Source of the DNA: Ophelia neglecta
Lineage: Eukaryota
DNA: 64,000 bases
Assembly (NCBI GenBank): GCA_965285935.1
Contig: OZ260664.1
Span: 95,170,001 to 95,234,000, forward strand
Direction: 5' to 3'
Under the pieces are notes generated by a model. It had not been told where the DNA came from. It did no database searches and saw only the letters and a list, made by a program, of their open reading frames with translations. This document shows, piece by piece, positions 25,017 through 39,300 of this stretch (position 1 is the first letter of the stretch; each line of letters opens with the position of its first letter). The position numbers and the translations under genes were made by a program.

Positions 25017-27704
25017 ATGGACAAAAAAGCAATTATTCCTTTTCTTGTTCAACTTGTATTTCTTTTTAATGCAATCTCGGCCTCGAAGTGGCAGAATTAC
25101 ATAACTAAGATCACGGTTTCCTCGCTTGACATGGAACAACCGAAGAACCTGGTTGAAACCAAGAAACAAGCCTTGTCCTATCTGCAATTGAACGCGGCAC
25201 ACTGTTTGTTGGCAAGAGGGCGCAATACGCCACACGTGACAAAGTCACCTTGTGGAGTCATTCGCGTCACTTCGGAAGTCGATAATAACTCGACAGAGTG
25301 GATGGTTGCTGTCGAGGGGCCATTCCACATAAACGTCACCTTCCTGGAGTTCCGCCTGCCTCACAGTTTTGAATTATGTAGAGTCGAAAGTGTGTTACTT
25401 CAATGGTCATTGGCTACAACTAATCCTCCGACGGAAATCCGGATTTGTGGTCATAAGGAATCTTGGACTGAATATGTATTTTCTAATACCATAAGACTAG
25501 CTCACGTAAGTTCTCTCATACCAACATCTGGAACATTTGTACTAATTTACAATGCGTACCAGCCAGGATCAATCGACAAGACAGTCCATAGCCAACATGT
25601 AGCCTTTCGGGAAGGTAGAAACTCTGCAATAGTTTATTACTTTCAAGTAGAAACGTTGACACGGTTTAACTTTCGAAGGGTTCTGACAATTCATATCTGG
25701 GCAGACCCAGATCATCGTGTCGCTTTACAGCTTAATACAGGACGTGTTGAATGTTTCCAGGCGTACGACGGCCCCACGTCTCGTTCTAAGTCTCTTAGAC
25801 TAGGATGGCAGAGGGGAGGCATTCGATACGTCTCAGCAATGTCAAGCTGGTTTATCATGATGCTTAGGATACTTAAATACGACCTTACTACATCGTGCAA
25901 TGTAACAGATGAACTGAGCGCAAAATTTAAGTTAGTGTTTTCGACGACGGAGTCCACTCAACTACAAGTTACAGATTTCCATGTCCTCAACATACATCTT
26001 CCCTCAGTTCATTGTTACGGCCACTCCGTGATGGTGTGCAAACTTGAGTTCAGCGCTACGAACAAACTAATGCATTTAAATGTATCTATTAACCAGTTTG
26101 TGACGGAAAAGCCCACAGATTGCTGGAAGAGAGGTATGATGATTTATGAAACTGACCGGAAAAGGGACCAGGTTATAGATGAGCACACACGACTATTGAG
26201 TATGCCTGTCTTTACTTTATGCAATAACTACATAACGTGGGAGGGCGGTACCTCCGAAGGACCCATCATAGACAACATGGTTAGTTCTAGACATTCATAC
26301 ACCGTATTGCTATATTCCTATACAGAGAATTTGTCCAGAACCTGGGGCATTGGCGTGAAGCTCAGCGTGGCAACCACTCCTTGTGGAGGACTCTATCTGG
26401 ACTGCCACAAAAGAGATATTGTTAAAGACCATTTGAAATCATACCACATTTCATCATACGGTCAGGTTCCTAGGTTTAAAAAGATTGACGCCGATATGCG
26501 GTATATGAACTTTTACACGTATCGACCACGTTGGTCTGCCTCCATCTATATTTTCATTGACGGCGGGACACTATCAATTGTAAGTGGTGTCACAAACACT
26601 TTCAATTTTGTGGGAGTGCGAACAAGCGACAAAGCTGGAAATTCCTGTGTTGTGTTGCATCATATACAGACAGAAGTTCCCTTGCTGATGCCAAATAAAA
26701 GGTGTTATTTGTCAGTGGTTCAAATTCGAGACACAGGACTTGATAATAATTTCGACATACAGTTAAGACGAAAAACAGAGAGGTCACTAAATTGCTCACC
26801 GTCTCGAACTTTCGAATCCTGGGTTCTGAGTACATTTAAAGCCAATTCGCTGTCTGCAAATGCCTTATTATGGCAGGACCTTTTGCCTTTCTGTCAGAGT
26901 TTGTCCCTTTACGTAAAAGCCAACCCCATTCCAGCAAAGCTTTTTCCTGATCAAAATATAACCAGTAAGTTCATGAGGAGAATGGAAGACATTTCAAACC
27001 TGGCTGATTCAAAGTCCTCCCTTCAGCATACAGTTCTTGTTCAGGGCACAAATCGGACGATGGCGGTGATCGCTCACTATGACGATGGTAATGGAATGGT
27101 GACCAGTAGGAGCTGCGGGTACAGGAAGCAGTCACCTATAACGGACACACGATTCAGGTTTTTTTCTGCCACATGCCCCCGTGTATGTTTATCAATTGAC
27201 ATCTTTTATGAATTAGTAGAGAAGAAAATGTATAAAAAGTATCACCCAACGGCATACCATAGGCAAACATGGAATGTGACCCTTACCAGTGACCGAGAAT
27301 TTTCTTTGGTTGAGAGTGTTACCTTCTGTGATAGGTACATTATTATAAGACCTGATACCTCCCAATGTCCACCAATAGACTGCAAGATCAAATTTGACAT
27401 TGACCCATATCATGCCTTTAATGCAATGAATCAAGAAATCATATTTGTCCGACAAATAAAAAACTTCGTCCAAACGCAAACTGCGTATTTTGTGATCTGG
27501 GAGGAAGCGAAGATTTCTGGGAAACAGGCTGAAGATAGATGTAAGCGGAGCGGAGGTCATCTGCCCGTTATTCATACAGAGAAAGATGCGATGGTAATCG
27601 GGGACCTGATCTGGGGACGTTACGCTCCCGTCTCGCTATATGCAGCACCCTGTAGGACTTATTCTGTCGTCTGTGCTCATTTCATTGGCTTGAACCCAAT
27701 AACG
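25017..27704 (+). CDS. Receptor copy 3, exon 1 (896 codons)
   Basis: gccataATGG start, signal-peptide-like N-terminus, open frame to the ACG|GTTTGT donor. Confidence 0.88.
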
Positions 27705-28336
27705 GTTTGTCCTTTCATAGATTTATGTTTACTTTTATACAGTATTTACTAACTTTTCACTGAAAAATTTCAATACAAAAATATGTGATTATATCTTTTC
27801 TCAAAATAATTTTTTTTAAATAAACTTTTTTCTAAAATGTTAAACGCTGCGTAGGTCTCCCAATTCAAGACTTAAAACCATTAAAACCAGGAGTCAATTT
27901 CAAGCTTAATTTTAAAATGGAACCACCCCTTCTCTTCATTAAATGTTGTCCCTGTGGCAACAGTATTTTTATATTACCAAATGGCGCTTAGAAATGCAAA
28001 TACGAACATATCTGCTAGAGGACAATATCTGCTGGTATTTCACTGCTTAGTCTTTGTTTCTAGCTAAAGCAATTAACTTACCGGCTTAACTCAGATGGCA
28101 ATTTACAAGACGGCGATACAACCTCAAATTAAGTCGCTGTAAAAGGTACTTTTTTTCGCAGATTTTTAAGAAAATTTTATTCCTGGGGGACATCACAACA
28201 CCAGCGAATATTGATATCAGTCTTAAATGATAAGGAAGGTGCATCCTAGGATCAAAACTTTAATCTGTCCGCCCATTATTTTCAAACCTACTTAGGTGAT
28301 GTTGTTATAACAATTAGGTTTTACGTTTACTCGTAG

Positions 28337-31300
28337 GGACGTTGGGTTGATGGAAGCCCCGCGGGATTCACCAAATGGACCAGTTCCCGCCACACCCTGC
28401 AAATGACGTCAGTATACTCTGCTATACCCGGGACAGATTCGTCAACATCCACGTATCACAAAGACTGGTCAGACCTTCTATACAACCGATCTCATCGTGT
28501 CTTCCCAAACTCGGAGGATGAATGCACAATGGCATTGTGGAATAAAGTTACCCTCGAATTTGAATGGGTCAGTATTAATTGTAACCAGAAAATATTGCAA
28601 TATAATTTAATTTGTGAAAAGAAACACCCGACCGGTAAACACTCAAAAAATGGGTTTCGGACAATTATGGCTGTTTACCTCTATAATATATTAGATGCAT
28701 TTAAGTGGTATGAAAAAACCTCAGCAATTGGACCGACCGTCAGCGCATGGGCTATACTTGATTGTCAATCCTGGAAAATTAAGTTCATCTTTGGGGAGAC
28801 ACATCTATTTTTACCTGCCTCTGTTTCTTCATATATTAGTTTAAATGCAAAACTTTTAATGAGTGGACATTGTTCTATTTGGAAAAAGACTATCATTTCT
28901 TCAATGGGAGGCAACAAACCGGGCGGGAACGATAAACCGTTGGTAGGGGGGATGTACATAACCGTTCTCTATCTGTCGCTTCCTCGCGAGATAATTCCAC
29001 CACAAGATTATGGTGACCCCGTTGATTTGTCCACAATGGTCAGTACAGGAATTGGCCAGTGCGCTTTTTATTGGGTTTATCATAACAACTCCTGTATCAG
29101 ACTTCATGACATAACCGGAAGGTATATTGACAGTATTAAAACTGTTAATATGTGTCAAAATAATGTCGCTGTTCACTCACTAGCAATTTTATACTCACGC
29201 ATTATTAATTTTAATATCTGTAACATCTATCAAATATTAATAACAAACATTACTGCTCGTGTTAAATCACAGCTTCCATCTCTATTTATGGTATCATTTA
29301 CGCCACCTTCAAATCTCTCCACACCACACCTGCACGAGCTGTTTGTCTGTAAAGACGGACACTATATCCCAGACCTGCACTATCTGGACGGTACTCCAGA
29401 CTGCCCAGACGGTAGTGACGAGGTGGCCTTTATAAATGCATGTGACATTCAGGGAAACGCAACATTCCAGTGTGGACACTGTCTGATTGGAACATGTGTG
29501 TGCATGGAACATTACTACCAGTGTGAAACAGGGGGATGTGTAAAATGGGCGAAAGTATGTGATGGCGTGTTTAACTGTAACACTGGTGATGACGAACGGC
29601 ATTGCAGTTCGACTTTTATTCTAGAATTAGATCAAACGACAAACTTGTCCAGACATTTTGTCTGCAAACAAAGCGGACATGAAATACCCATTGACCTTTT
29701 GGACGATTTGGTGGCTGATTGTGAAGATTCGGAAGACGAAGCACTCGTCTCCTCATTCAACAGATACGAAACTCGAGATGCGATCACTATGAAATGTATT
29801 AAAACTGGAGGCTTGCCGTGTCTGCACGGACATCCTCGTTGCTACGCCGCTCATTTCATTTGCGTTTATGACCACAATTCGTTTGGACACCTCCGACATT
29901 GTCGGAAAGGTGCCCACCTTGCCGCCTGTGGCTTGGTCCAATGTCCGGCCATGTTCAAGTGCCCTGGCACTTACTGTGTGCCTGTTAGAAAGCTATGTGA
30001 CGGAATAACGGACTGCCCCGGAGCTGATGACGAACGGAGCTGTCCTACAGCGGCTCTGTGTCCGGGCTTCTTTAGATGCAAAAACAATAAATGTGTATCT
30101 CTACAGGAAATATGCGATGGAAAATCAGATTGTTCCCCTGACGATGATGACGAGTTTCTGTGTAATACTGTACAGTGTTCCGAGTTGTGTTCGTGTCTTG
30201 GTCGGTCCATTGTTTGCCATCGTAATATTTCGTATATAAACATTGGTGGATACATGTCACTGAGCGTGCGCAATAATTTTGGCAGGCTACCAATCATTGA
30301 CGACTACAGTGATCTCATTTCACTCACATTGATGGTTGATTTAAGCGGTAAATTGTCTAATATTTCTAGTATGCCGACACTCTCTTTTCTAGACCTGGGC
30401 AACAACCGTATTACTGAATTGATTGGACAACCATTCAGTTCGTTGCGCAACTTGAGGAAATTATTATTAAGAGGAAATTACATCGAGAGCATCAAATCTG
30501 ACAATTTCTTTGGTTTGAACGAGTTGCGGCTGCTCGATATCTCGAATGCTTATCTGCTACATCTAGATTCTGATTGCTTTACACATATGCATAAATTGGA
30601 AATTGTTGACCTTTCTTCTAATAAATTGGAGGAAATAGACCCATTATTTCTGCAGAATCTTCCGCCGGGTGTGATATTGAATATCAATGAAAATCGCATG
30701 ACTAAATTTCCAAAGAGGTCAGAGTTGATCCAGTCATCCATCCTGTTCATTTCTAATTCAAAATGGGTTTGTTGTTTAATTGGCATAGGTAAATGTCTTT
30801 GGTCTGGTGAGGAACTTGTTTGTGGACAGATATTATCATCTATAGAAATAGGTGCCATTCGTATCATGTCTGGATTGATGCTTATAATATTTTGTGTGTG
30901 TGTTATCCTTCGTGAATCAAAAAGGACTCGTCATATTCTATCCCATTGGTCGTTGATTGGAAATCACATATCTGATGCCACTATGGCCATCTACTTAGGC
31001 CTTATGTATGTAAAGGATGAGCCTGGTGTTTTCTCTAACGAGGAATACGTGCGTCGTTGGTGTATGGTACTCAGCTCTCTTCAGCTAGCGTCACTCTGTG
31101 GGTGGTCTGCCATGTGTATACTAATGTCTTACGCTTTTTATAAAAGTCTCAGTCTTTTAAAATTGGAACAACAGATGGGTTCTCTAAATAGTGTTGGGTT
31201 TGTATTGATCACATGGCTGTTTGTGTATGGTCCTGTACTTGTTCCCAGTTTGATAGCGCAAATATTCTCTGATGAAGTTCTGACTGCATCCGAAAACTGT

Positions 31301-31693
31301 TCTGCCATTTTCCCTACCTCTTCTCCCGGTATAATACACATTGTGTTCCTGATAATTTGTTTACTGTTAAGTTTGATTGCACTGGGAGTGACAGCCGGGT
31401 TCTTTGGTATGGCGTTAGCTATGGCAGCTAGGTCGGCAAGAAACGTGCAGAAACACGGGGACAAAAAGAGCGCGAATTCATCCTCAACCCGTGTTGTCAT
31501 AAGACACTTTGCCTTTACCACTATGATCCCGCTTTGTGGGTGTCTAGTTCTATCTGTTTGTCTACTGACCATCTTAACAATGGGATACTTAAGTCCATTT
31601 ACCGGACAGTTGCTCTCCCTCTATGTGTTCCCATTACCAGGATTGATTAACCCGCTCTTCTTCCTGGTCCGAAGGTCCCTATTGTTGTTGTAA
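28337..31693 (+). CDS. Receptor copy 3, exon 2 (1118 aa + stop); the spliced product is ~2,014 aa, the only complete intact copy visible
   Basis: Acceptor TCGTAG|GGACGT; uninterrupted CTL-LDLa-LRR-7TM frame. Confidence 0.9.
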   Translation, partial: GRWVDGSPAGFTKWTSSRHTLQMTSVYSAIPGTDSSTSTYHKDWSDLLYNRSHRVFPNSEDECTMALWNKVTLEFEWVSINCNQKILQYNLICEKKHPTGKHSKNGFRTIMAVYLYNILDAFKWYEKTSAIGPTVSAWAILDCQSWKIKFIFGETHLFLPASVSSYISLNAKLLMSGHCSIWKKTIISSMGGNKPGGNDKPLVGGMYITVLYLSLPREIIPPQDYGDPVDLSTMVSTGIGQCAFYWVYHNNSCIRLHDITGRYIDSIKTVNMCQNNVAVHSLAILYSRIINFNICNIYQILITNITARVKSQLPSLFMVSFTPPSNLSTPHLHELFVCKDGHYIPDLHYLDGTPDCPDGSDEVAFINACDIQGNATFQCGHCLIGTCVCMEHYYQCETGGCVKWAKVCDGVFNCNTGDDERHCSSTFILELDQTTNLSRHFVCKQSGHEIPIDLLDDLVADCEDSEDEALVSSFNRYETRDAITMKCIKTGGLPCLHGHPRCYAAHFICVYDHNSFGHLRHCRKGAHLAACGLVQCPAMFKCPGTYCVPVRKLCDGITDCPGADDERSCPTAALCPGFFRCKNNKCVSLQEICDGKSDCSPDDDDEFLCNTVQCSELCSCLGRSIVCHRNISYINIGGYMSLSVRNNFGRLPIIDDYSDLISLTLMVDLSGKLSNISSMPTLSFLDLGNNRITELIGQPFSSLRNLRKLLLRGNYIESIKSDNFFGLNELRLLDISNAYLLHLDSDCFTHMHKLEIVDLSSNKLEEIDPLFLQNLPPGVILNINENRMTKFPKRSELIQSSILFISNSKWVCCLIGIGKCLWSGEELVCGQILSSIEIGAIRIMSGLMLIIFCVCVILRESKRTRHILSHWSLIGNHISDATMAIYLGLMYVKDEPGVFSNEEYVRRWCMVLSSLQLASLCGWSAMCILMSYAFYKSLSLLKLEQQMGSLNSVGFVLITWLFVYGPVLVPSLIAQIFSDEVLTASENCSAIFPTSSPGIIHIVFLIICLLLSLIALGVTAGFFGMALAMAARSARNVQKHGDKKSANSSSTRVVIRHFAFTTMIPLCGCLVLSVCLLTILTMGYLSPFTGQLLSLYVFPLPGLINPLFFLVRRSLLLL

Positions 31694-34600
31694 CAAAGGA
31701 AAGAACAGTAATTTGTGCATAAACAGCAATTGTTTCTTAAAGAACACACTAACTGTATTTGGGCCTATCTCTTATCAAGCACAGTATGCAATCACGCACT
31801 AATCCTTCCATTATTTCTGGCACCTAAATTGGAACAGTAAGTAAGTAATTCATTTATTTGGCGTCAATAGTACATATTGAAAAAAATATAAACTCTTAAC
31901 CAGCTGGTAAATCCAATATATAATACATATGATGCAACATATGGTCATTATTTATGAATCATACAGTTGGACAGGTATAATACAATGCGGAAAAAATGAG
32001 TTTTTCATGCATGAGTATGTGCTTGATACCACAATAGAAGGCATTATAAACAAGAAAAACAAAGAGTCATACATGGTTGCAGTTTGTCTTGGGAAACCTG
32101 TTACATCCATGATAATAAGCATATTCTCCATCTATTGACCGTTGGCGCAAACATTAAATTATCTACAGCAGGTAAAAATACCCTCAGTAGTTTTTTAACT
32201 GTAGGGTAAGCTCTAATGAGTGGTTATATCAAACCAGCCTTACTATGTAATCGGTGGGTAGAACTAAAAGTATTCATGATGAATAGAAGGTTGCTCCGCC
32301 TGGCGACTAAGGTCACAGTTACGACTAAAGACTCGTGTCTTCAGGCTCGCTTTTAATTGCTGATTGGCCGGAAATGAATGTTTACCATTACTTTCTTTAG
32401 TTCTGTTTTTAAAATCGGCATTTTTTGGTATTTTTTTTTCGATTGATATTGAGGTTTTATATACACTGCTTAAGTGTTTAGCGCCATTTGAGCTCAATTG
32501 TTATTATTACTTTTACCACGTATGTGTACAGATTAGTCTAAACAAATTGGGTGTTCGTAAATGGAATAGGCAGTAATATGGAAATAATATTAAGTTTCGA
32601 TGACGTTAATGTAACACTATTGAACTATAGTACCAAATGCATTATGTATTTCCTAAAATAAGCTTAGATTATATATTTAGCTGAACATAGTATATGCATT
32701 TATTCATATGAATTATAATATTTTGGTAGCGTGGTTTAAGTCAAAAATAAGGTGCATTAAGAAGTCAACCATATAAGTATTGGTTTTGATATTGTGGTCT
32801 GCCATGAGTATCATAATGCCTTACGCCTTTTACAAAAGTCGTAGTGTTTTTAATTTGGCACAACAGGTTGGTACTCTGAGTAGTGTTGGCTTGGTGTTGA
32901 TAGTGTGGCTGTTTGTGTATCGTACTTTACTTGTCCCCAGACTGATATAGCAGACATTGCCTGATGAGGTTTTAACTGCGTCGTTTCTGCCATTTTCCCG
33001 ACCTCTTTTCTAAGTATAATACAAATTTCATAACTGTTGGCGTCCTTTCTTACCTCAGTGTTCTCATCCCTTTTGACCCGAATAATCTGATATTATTCTC
33101 TCAGCCACCTTTTGTAATCCTATATGTATCAGTAGATTGTAAACATGATCAAAATTCTAAAGAAAATATATATAGTAACTATTTGTAAAGTATCAAAGTA
33201 GACAGGAATGGGCTTGGTCGTTTTGCTTAACAATCCTAACACGTTACGCTGATGGTTTAATGAGACACCATAAACTCTTATTATATTTAATGCTATTTCT
33301 TCAGGGAAAGTTGTGGTGGTACCATTCAAGGTCGTAAGCTCTACCTAGCTTAGGCTTAATGTTTATACTAGCGGCTTTTCAATTGACCACCTCTTCTTTT
33401 GTAAACAGTAGGCATATTGTCCCCAGTTCAATTATCATTTACTGCATAGTTTATCGTATTTATATTTATATTCATTATTTAAATTAACTCACGAGATGAT
33501 GAATGTTACCCTATTGAATAAACATAATGATATAATGATCAATTCGATATGTTTACTAATAATTCTATGATGGAACTGCATAAATATATAAATCATGCAT
33601 TATTTCACACTCATTCCATATGTCACATGCATACGTTAACCGTTTTATTAATGAAGTATTGTTCTGCATTATATATCGTAAATATAACGTTTATAGAGTA
33701 TAAAGTATAAAAAAGTGGTATCAGTTGAAAGGCAGTAAATACCCTGCAGACTCGGTAGAATGGTTAATAAAGAATAGTTCATACCGCTGTTGAAGAGCGT
33801 ACACACCTACCGGTCATTATGATTTCATTCAGTTGTACTTCAGAAAGTTAAACTCTTTTGAATACACAAAGTATTTGAATAGTCCACTTCCTACATGCAT
33901 GTGCGTTCTTGCTTATGAGGTCGTTGGGGCAATATAATTACCCTCACATCGCGTAACTTCTTTTATATTCACAGTTCATATACGAGTTAAAATTCCTTAT
34001 TAATGTTTTTATGCGGCCAGTGTATGCGGCGGGATTTATCATTGTATATCGACATTATTTGCAGTGCGTATTACCATGGGGATGCCCCAGTTATACGATG
34101 GAACGACGCACATCATAATTACAATTCACCCGTCAGACAGTTGTGTGAGGGTAATTATATTGCCCAAACGATCTCATTGGCAAGAAGACACAGGCATATA
34201 TGAAGTGGACTATTTTAATACTTTGTGTATTCACACGAGTTGAACAGCATGTGACTTTATCTAGAAATCATTTGAAAGATCAATGGTCTATAATAACTCT
34301 AAAACGCGATATCTACCGGATATTTTTCCGTTTAATAAAAGTTGCTTATTCACAATAAATCAAAGTTTGTTTTGTATTGTTTATGAAAAAACTTGATCAC
34401 ATTTAACCTATATAAATTATCACTAGTCATAAGTTCACGATAATACTGCCTCCCATTACAATTGATACAATCTTTATCAGATATTTGAATTTATATCTTG
34501 GCAAGCTTATTCTTTAATACGGAACTGTTGTTAGATTTTGGAAGCGGCCTGACCATTCGGGATAGGCTGGGCCCATTACTAATAGCTGAGACCCGTATTG

Positions 34601-36325
34601 ATCGGGTTTCTGGTCTGACACCCGTGATGATCGGGGTTTCTAGGACTTACCCATTGACTAGGGCTAGGCTTAATGCCAAAATGGCAAGTTTAATACCAAA
34701 TACAGCTTCAATAAACCCACTTTTTAGGTTAAGACTGATTAAGCACCTTTATCCTGATTTTCGTCGTCCGAGACCACTTCCAGAAGCTGAGCCCTTAAAA
34801 AGTCAAATCTAATCCAACACAAAACAAGATAATATGTCAGCGCATAAGTGAATTAAACTCATTAGATTTCAATCTAACTGGCGTTGGCTTTACTGGTATC
34901 AGGGAGATTAAGTTTTGAATTAAATTCACCCTGTATTAGTTTTAACTGTAGACTCTTATAAGGTCCGGTTTCATTTTACTTTTGTTGCTGAAATAAATCT
35001 TAGTTTACCATTTTACGATTGGAAACTTTCATCTCTGTTTTCCTAATATAAATCATGTTTGAATTAATAGGATTTTAACTTTGATGACTCTTCACAAGTC
35101 ATCGGATAGGAAACATTTGTTAAATGTATATTTATGATTGTGTCCCTATACTTTAGATGAAAAGTCATGCCGATTTGACATAAAGTTAAGACATTTGAAT
35201 GGGCCAGGATTAATAGTAAACAGGTACTGCTTCTAGCTCACAGTTTAATCTGATGAAATGCTTGGTTTGCTCGTTGTGCCAGTGACAAACCTTACGTCGG
35301 GTGACTGGGCATTTTTGGTATGTGTCCCACGTCTGTGGAACGAACTCCCTTTTTACATCAGGAGGGCAGCCTCACTTGGTGCTTTTATTTTATATCATCT
35401 TATCAGAGACTTACATTTTTAAAAGATTGGACTGTTGTTTCTCTTATATGTACAGCGCTCGTGAACATGTAGCTTTTATATAAGACAAGCACTATATCAA
35501 ATGTCAATAAATAAATAAATGAAAAGAGAATAATCCCTGGTTTTTACGATAATTTACGGGTTTAACCCATTCAAAGTGTAACTTTCAAAACAAATTCAAT
35601 TTCATTTTTTATCAAAAATGTTGAATATGGATATATAAATTTTCTAAAATATAGAAAAATCAGCTAGGCCGGGTATATGGAAGCAGACCGAAATCCTAAC
35701 TAGCATTAGAATAAGGATAAAGGTGCTTAGTCGGCCTGAACTTGTTAACCCGGATTTCTGGTAGTTTGATTTGGTCTTAAACCTTTCCATTTTGATTTTA
35801 ACTTAACCCTGGTTAACGGAAACAAAGATTGAAGCGGTCTTAGCATAGTGATAATAGGCTATTTTAATCCCTAAACTTAAGACCTCTTCCAGAAACTGGG
35901 CCTTGGGGACTAACATTCATGTTGATACACCTCCGAACAGACACCATATGTTGATAAGGTATACATTACCGGCGGGAGTAATCTAATACGAAGGCAACTC
36001 ATTGGGTCCATGCATATTTGAATTCTTGGCATTTGATTTAATTTAACAGAAAAATGTGAGCTTTAATTACATTGGTCTTTGAAACTAAACAAGATGAATC
36101 TCTCGGCGTCCTGTTACACTTAGTCGCACTTTCTGTTATCTGAAGTGATTGGATCTAAACGGCTTGAAATTATATCCACATTTCACCAGCAATGAGGAAT
36201 AATCAAATTTCCAATTTCTAATAAAATAGTATTTTATTACACTTCAGATGAAAACTTGTCACCCTTATATAAATTCTCTCGGAGCTAGGGCCTATCCGGT
36301 AAGGATTTCTTGCAACACAGCCATA

Positions 36326-39300
36326 ATGGACAAAAAAGCAATTATTCCTTTTCTTGTTCAACTTGTATTTCTTTTTAATGCAATCTCGGCCTCGAAGTGG
36401 CAGAATTACATAACTAAGATCACGGTTTCCTCGCTTGACATGGAACAACCGAAGAACCTGGTTGAAACCAAGAAACAAGCCTTGTCCTATCTGCAATTGA
36501 ACGCGGCACACTGTTTGTTGGCAAGAGGGCGCAATACGCCACACGTGACAAAGTCACCTTGTGGAGTCATTCGCGTCACTTCGGAAGTCGATAATAACTC
36601 GACAGAGTGGATGGTTGCTGTCGAGGGGCCATTCCACATAAACGTCACCTTCCTGGAGTTCCGCCTGCCTCACAGTTTTGAATTATGTAGAGTCGAAAGT
36701 GTGTTACTTCAATGGTCATTGGCTACAACTAATCCTCCGACGGAAATCCGGATTTGTGGTCATAAGGAATCTTGGACTGAATATGTATTTTCTAATACCA
36801 TAAGACTAGCTCACGTAAGTTCTCTCATACCAACATCTGGAACATTTGTACTAATTTACAATGCGTACCAGCCAGGATCAATCGACAGGACAGTCCATAG
36901 CCAACATGTAGCCTTTCGGGAAGGTAGAAACTCTGCAATAGTTTATTACTTTCAAGTAGAAACGTTGACACGGTTTAACTTTCGAAGGGTTCTGACAATT
37001 CATATCTGGGCAGACCCAGATCATCGTGTCGCTTTACAGCTTAATACAGGACGTGTTGAATGTTTCCAGGCGTACGACGGCCCCACGTCTCGTTCTAAGT
37101 CTCTCAGACTAGGATGGCAGAGGGGAGGCATTCGATACGTCTCAGCAATGTCAAGCTGGTTTATCATGATGCTTAGGATACTTAAATACGACCTTACTAC
37201 ATCGTGCAATGTAACAGATGAACTGAGCGCAAAATTTAAGTTAGTGTTTTCGACGACGGAGTCCACTCAACTACAAGTTACAGATTTCCATGTCCTCAAC
37301 ATACATCTTCCCTCAGTTCATTGTTACGGCCACTCCGTGATGGTGTGCAAACTTGAGTTCAGCGCTACGAACAAACTAATGCATTTAAATGTATCTATTA
37401 ACCAGTTTGTGACGGAAAAGCCCACAGATTGCTGGAAGAGAGGTATGATGATTTATGAAACTGACCGGAAAAGGGACCAGGTTATAGATGAGCACACACG
37501 ACTATTGAGTATGCCTGTCTTTACTTTATGCAATAACTACATAACGTGGGAGGGCGGTACCTCCGAAGGACCCATCATAGACAACATGGTTAGTTCTAGA
37601 CATTCATACACCGTATTGCTATATTCCTATACAGAGAATTTGTCCAGAACCTGGGGCATTGGCGTGAAGCTCAGCGTGGCAACCACTCCTTGTGGAGGAC
37701 TCTATCTGGACTGCCACAAAAGAGATATTGTTAAAGACCATTTGAAATCATACCACATTTCATCATACGGTCAGGTTCCTAGGTTTAAAAAGATTGACGC
37801 CGATATGCGGTATATGAACTTTTACACGTATCGACCACGTTGGTCTGCCTCCATCTATATTTTCATTGACGGCGGGACACTATCAATTGTAAGTGGTGTC
37901 ACAAACACTTTCAATTTTGTGGGAGTGCGAACAAGCGACAAAGCTGGAAATTCCTGTGTTGTGTTGCATCATATACAGACAGAAGTTCCCTTGCTGATGC
38001 CAAATAAAAGGTGTTATTTGTCAGTGGTTCAAATACGAGACACAGGACTTGATAATAATTTCGACATACAGTTAAGACGAAAAACGGAGAGGTCACTAAA
38101 TTGCTCACCGTCTCGAACTTTCGAATCCTGGGTTCTGAGTACATTTAAAGCCAATTCGCTGTCTGCAAATGCCTTATTATGGCGGGACCTTTTGCCTTTC
38201 TGTCAGAGTTTGTCCCTTTACGTAAAAGCCAACCCCATTCCAGCAAAGCTTTTTCCTGATCAACATATAACCAGTAAGTTCATGAGGAGAATGGAAGACA
38301 TTTCAAACCTGGCCGATTCAAAGTCCTCCCTTCAGCATACAGTTCTTGTTCAGGGCACAAATCGGACGATGGCGGTGATCGCTCACTATGACAATGGTAA
38401 TGGAATGGTGACCAGTAGGAGCTGCGGGTACAGGAAGCAGTCACCTATAACGGACACACGATTCAGGTTTTTTTCTGCCACATGCCCCCGTGTATGTTTA
38501 TCAATTGACATCTTTTATGAATTAGTAGAGAAGAAAATGTATAAAAAGTATCACCCAACGGCATACCATAGGCAAACATGGAATGTGACCCTTACCAGTG
38601 ACCGAGAATTTTCTTTGGTTGAGAGTGTTACCTTCTGTGATAGGTACATTATTATAAGACCTGATATCTCCCAATGTCCACCAATAGACTGCAAGATCAA
38701 ATTTGACATTGACCCATATCATGCCTTTAATGCAATGAATCAAGAAATCATATTTGTCCGACAAATAAAAAACTTCGTCCAAACGCAAACTGCGTATTTT
38801 GTGATCTGGGAGGAAGCGAAGATTTCTGGGAAACAGGCTGAAGATAGATGTAAGCGGAGCGGAGGTCATCTGCCCGTTATTCATACAGAGAAAGATGCGA
38901 TGGTAATCGGGGACCTGATCTGGGGACGTTACGCTCCCGTCTCGCTATATGCAGCACCCTGTAGGACTTATTCTGTCGTCTGTGCTCATTTCATTGGCTT
39001 GAACCCAATAACGGTTTGTCCTTTCATAGATTTATGTTTACTTTTATACAGTATTTACTAACTTTTCACTGAAAAATTTCAATACAAAAATATGTGATTA
39101 TATCTTTTCTCAAAATAATTTTTTTTTAAATAAACTTTTTTCTAAAATGTTAAACGCTGCGTAGGTCTCCCAATTCAAGACTTAAAACCATTAAAACCAG
39201 GAGTCAATTTCAAGCTTAATTTTAAAATGGAACCACCCCTTCTCTTCATTAAATGTTGTCCCTGTGGCAACAGTATTTTTATATTACCAAATGGCGCTTA

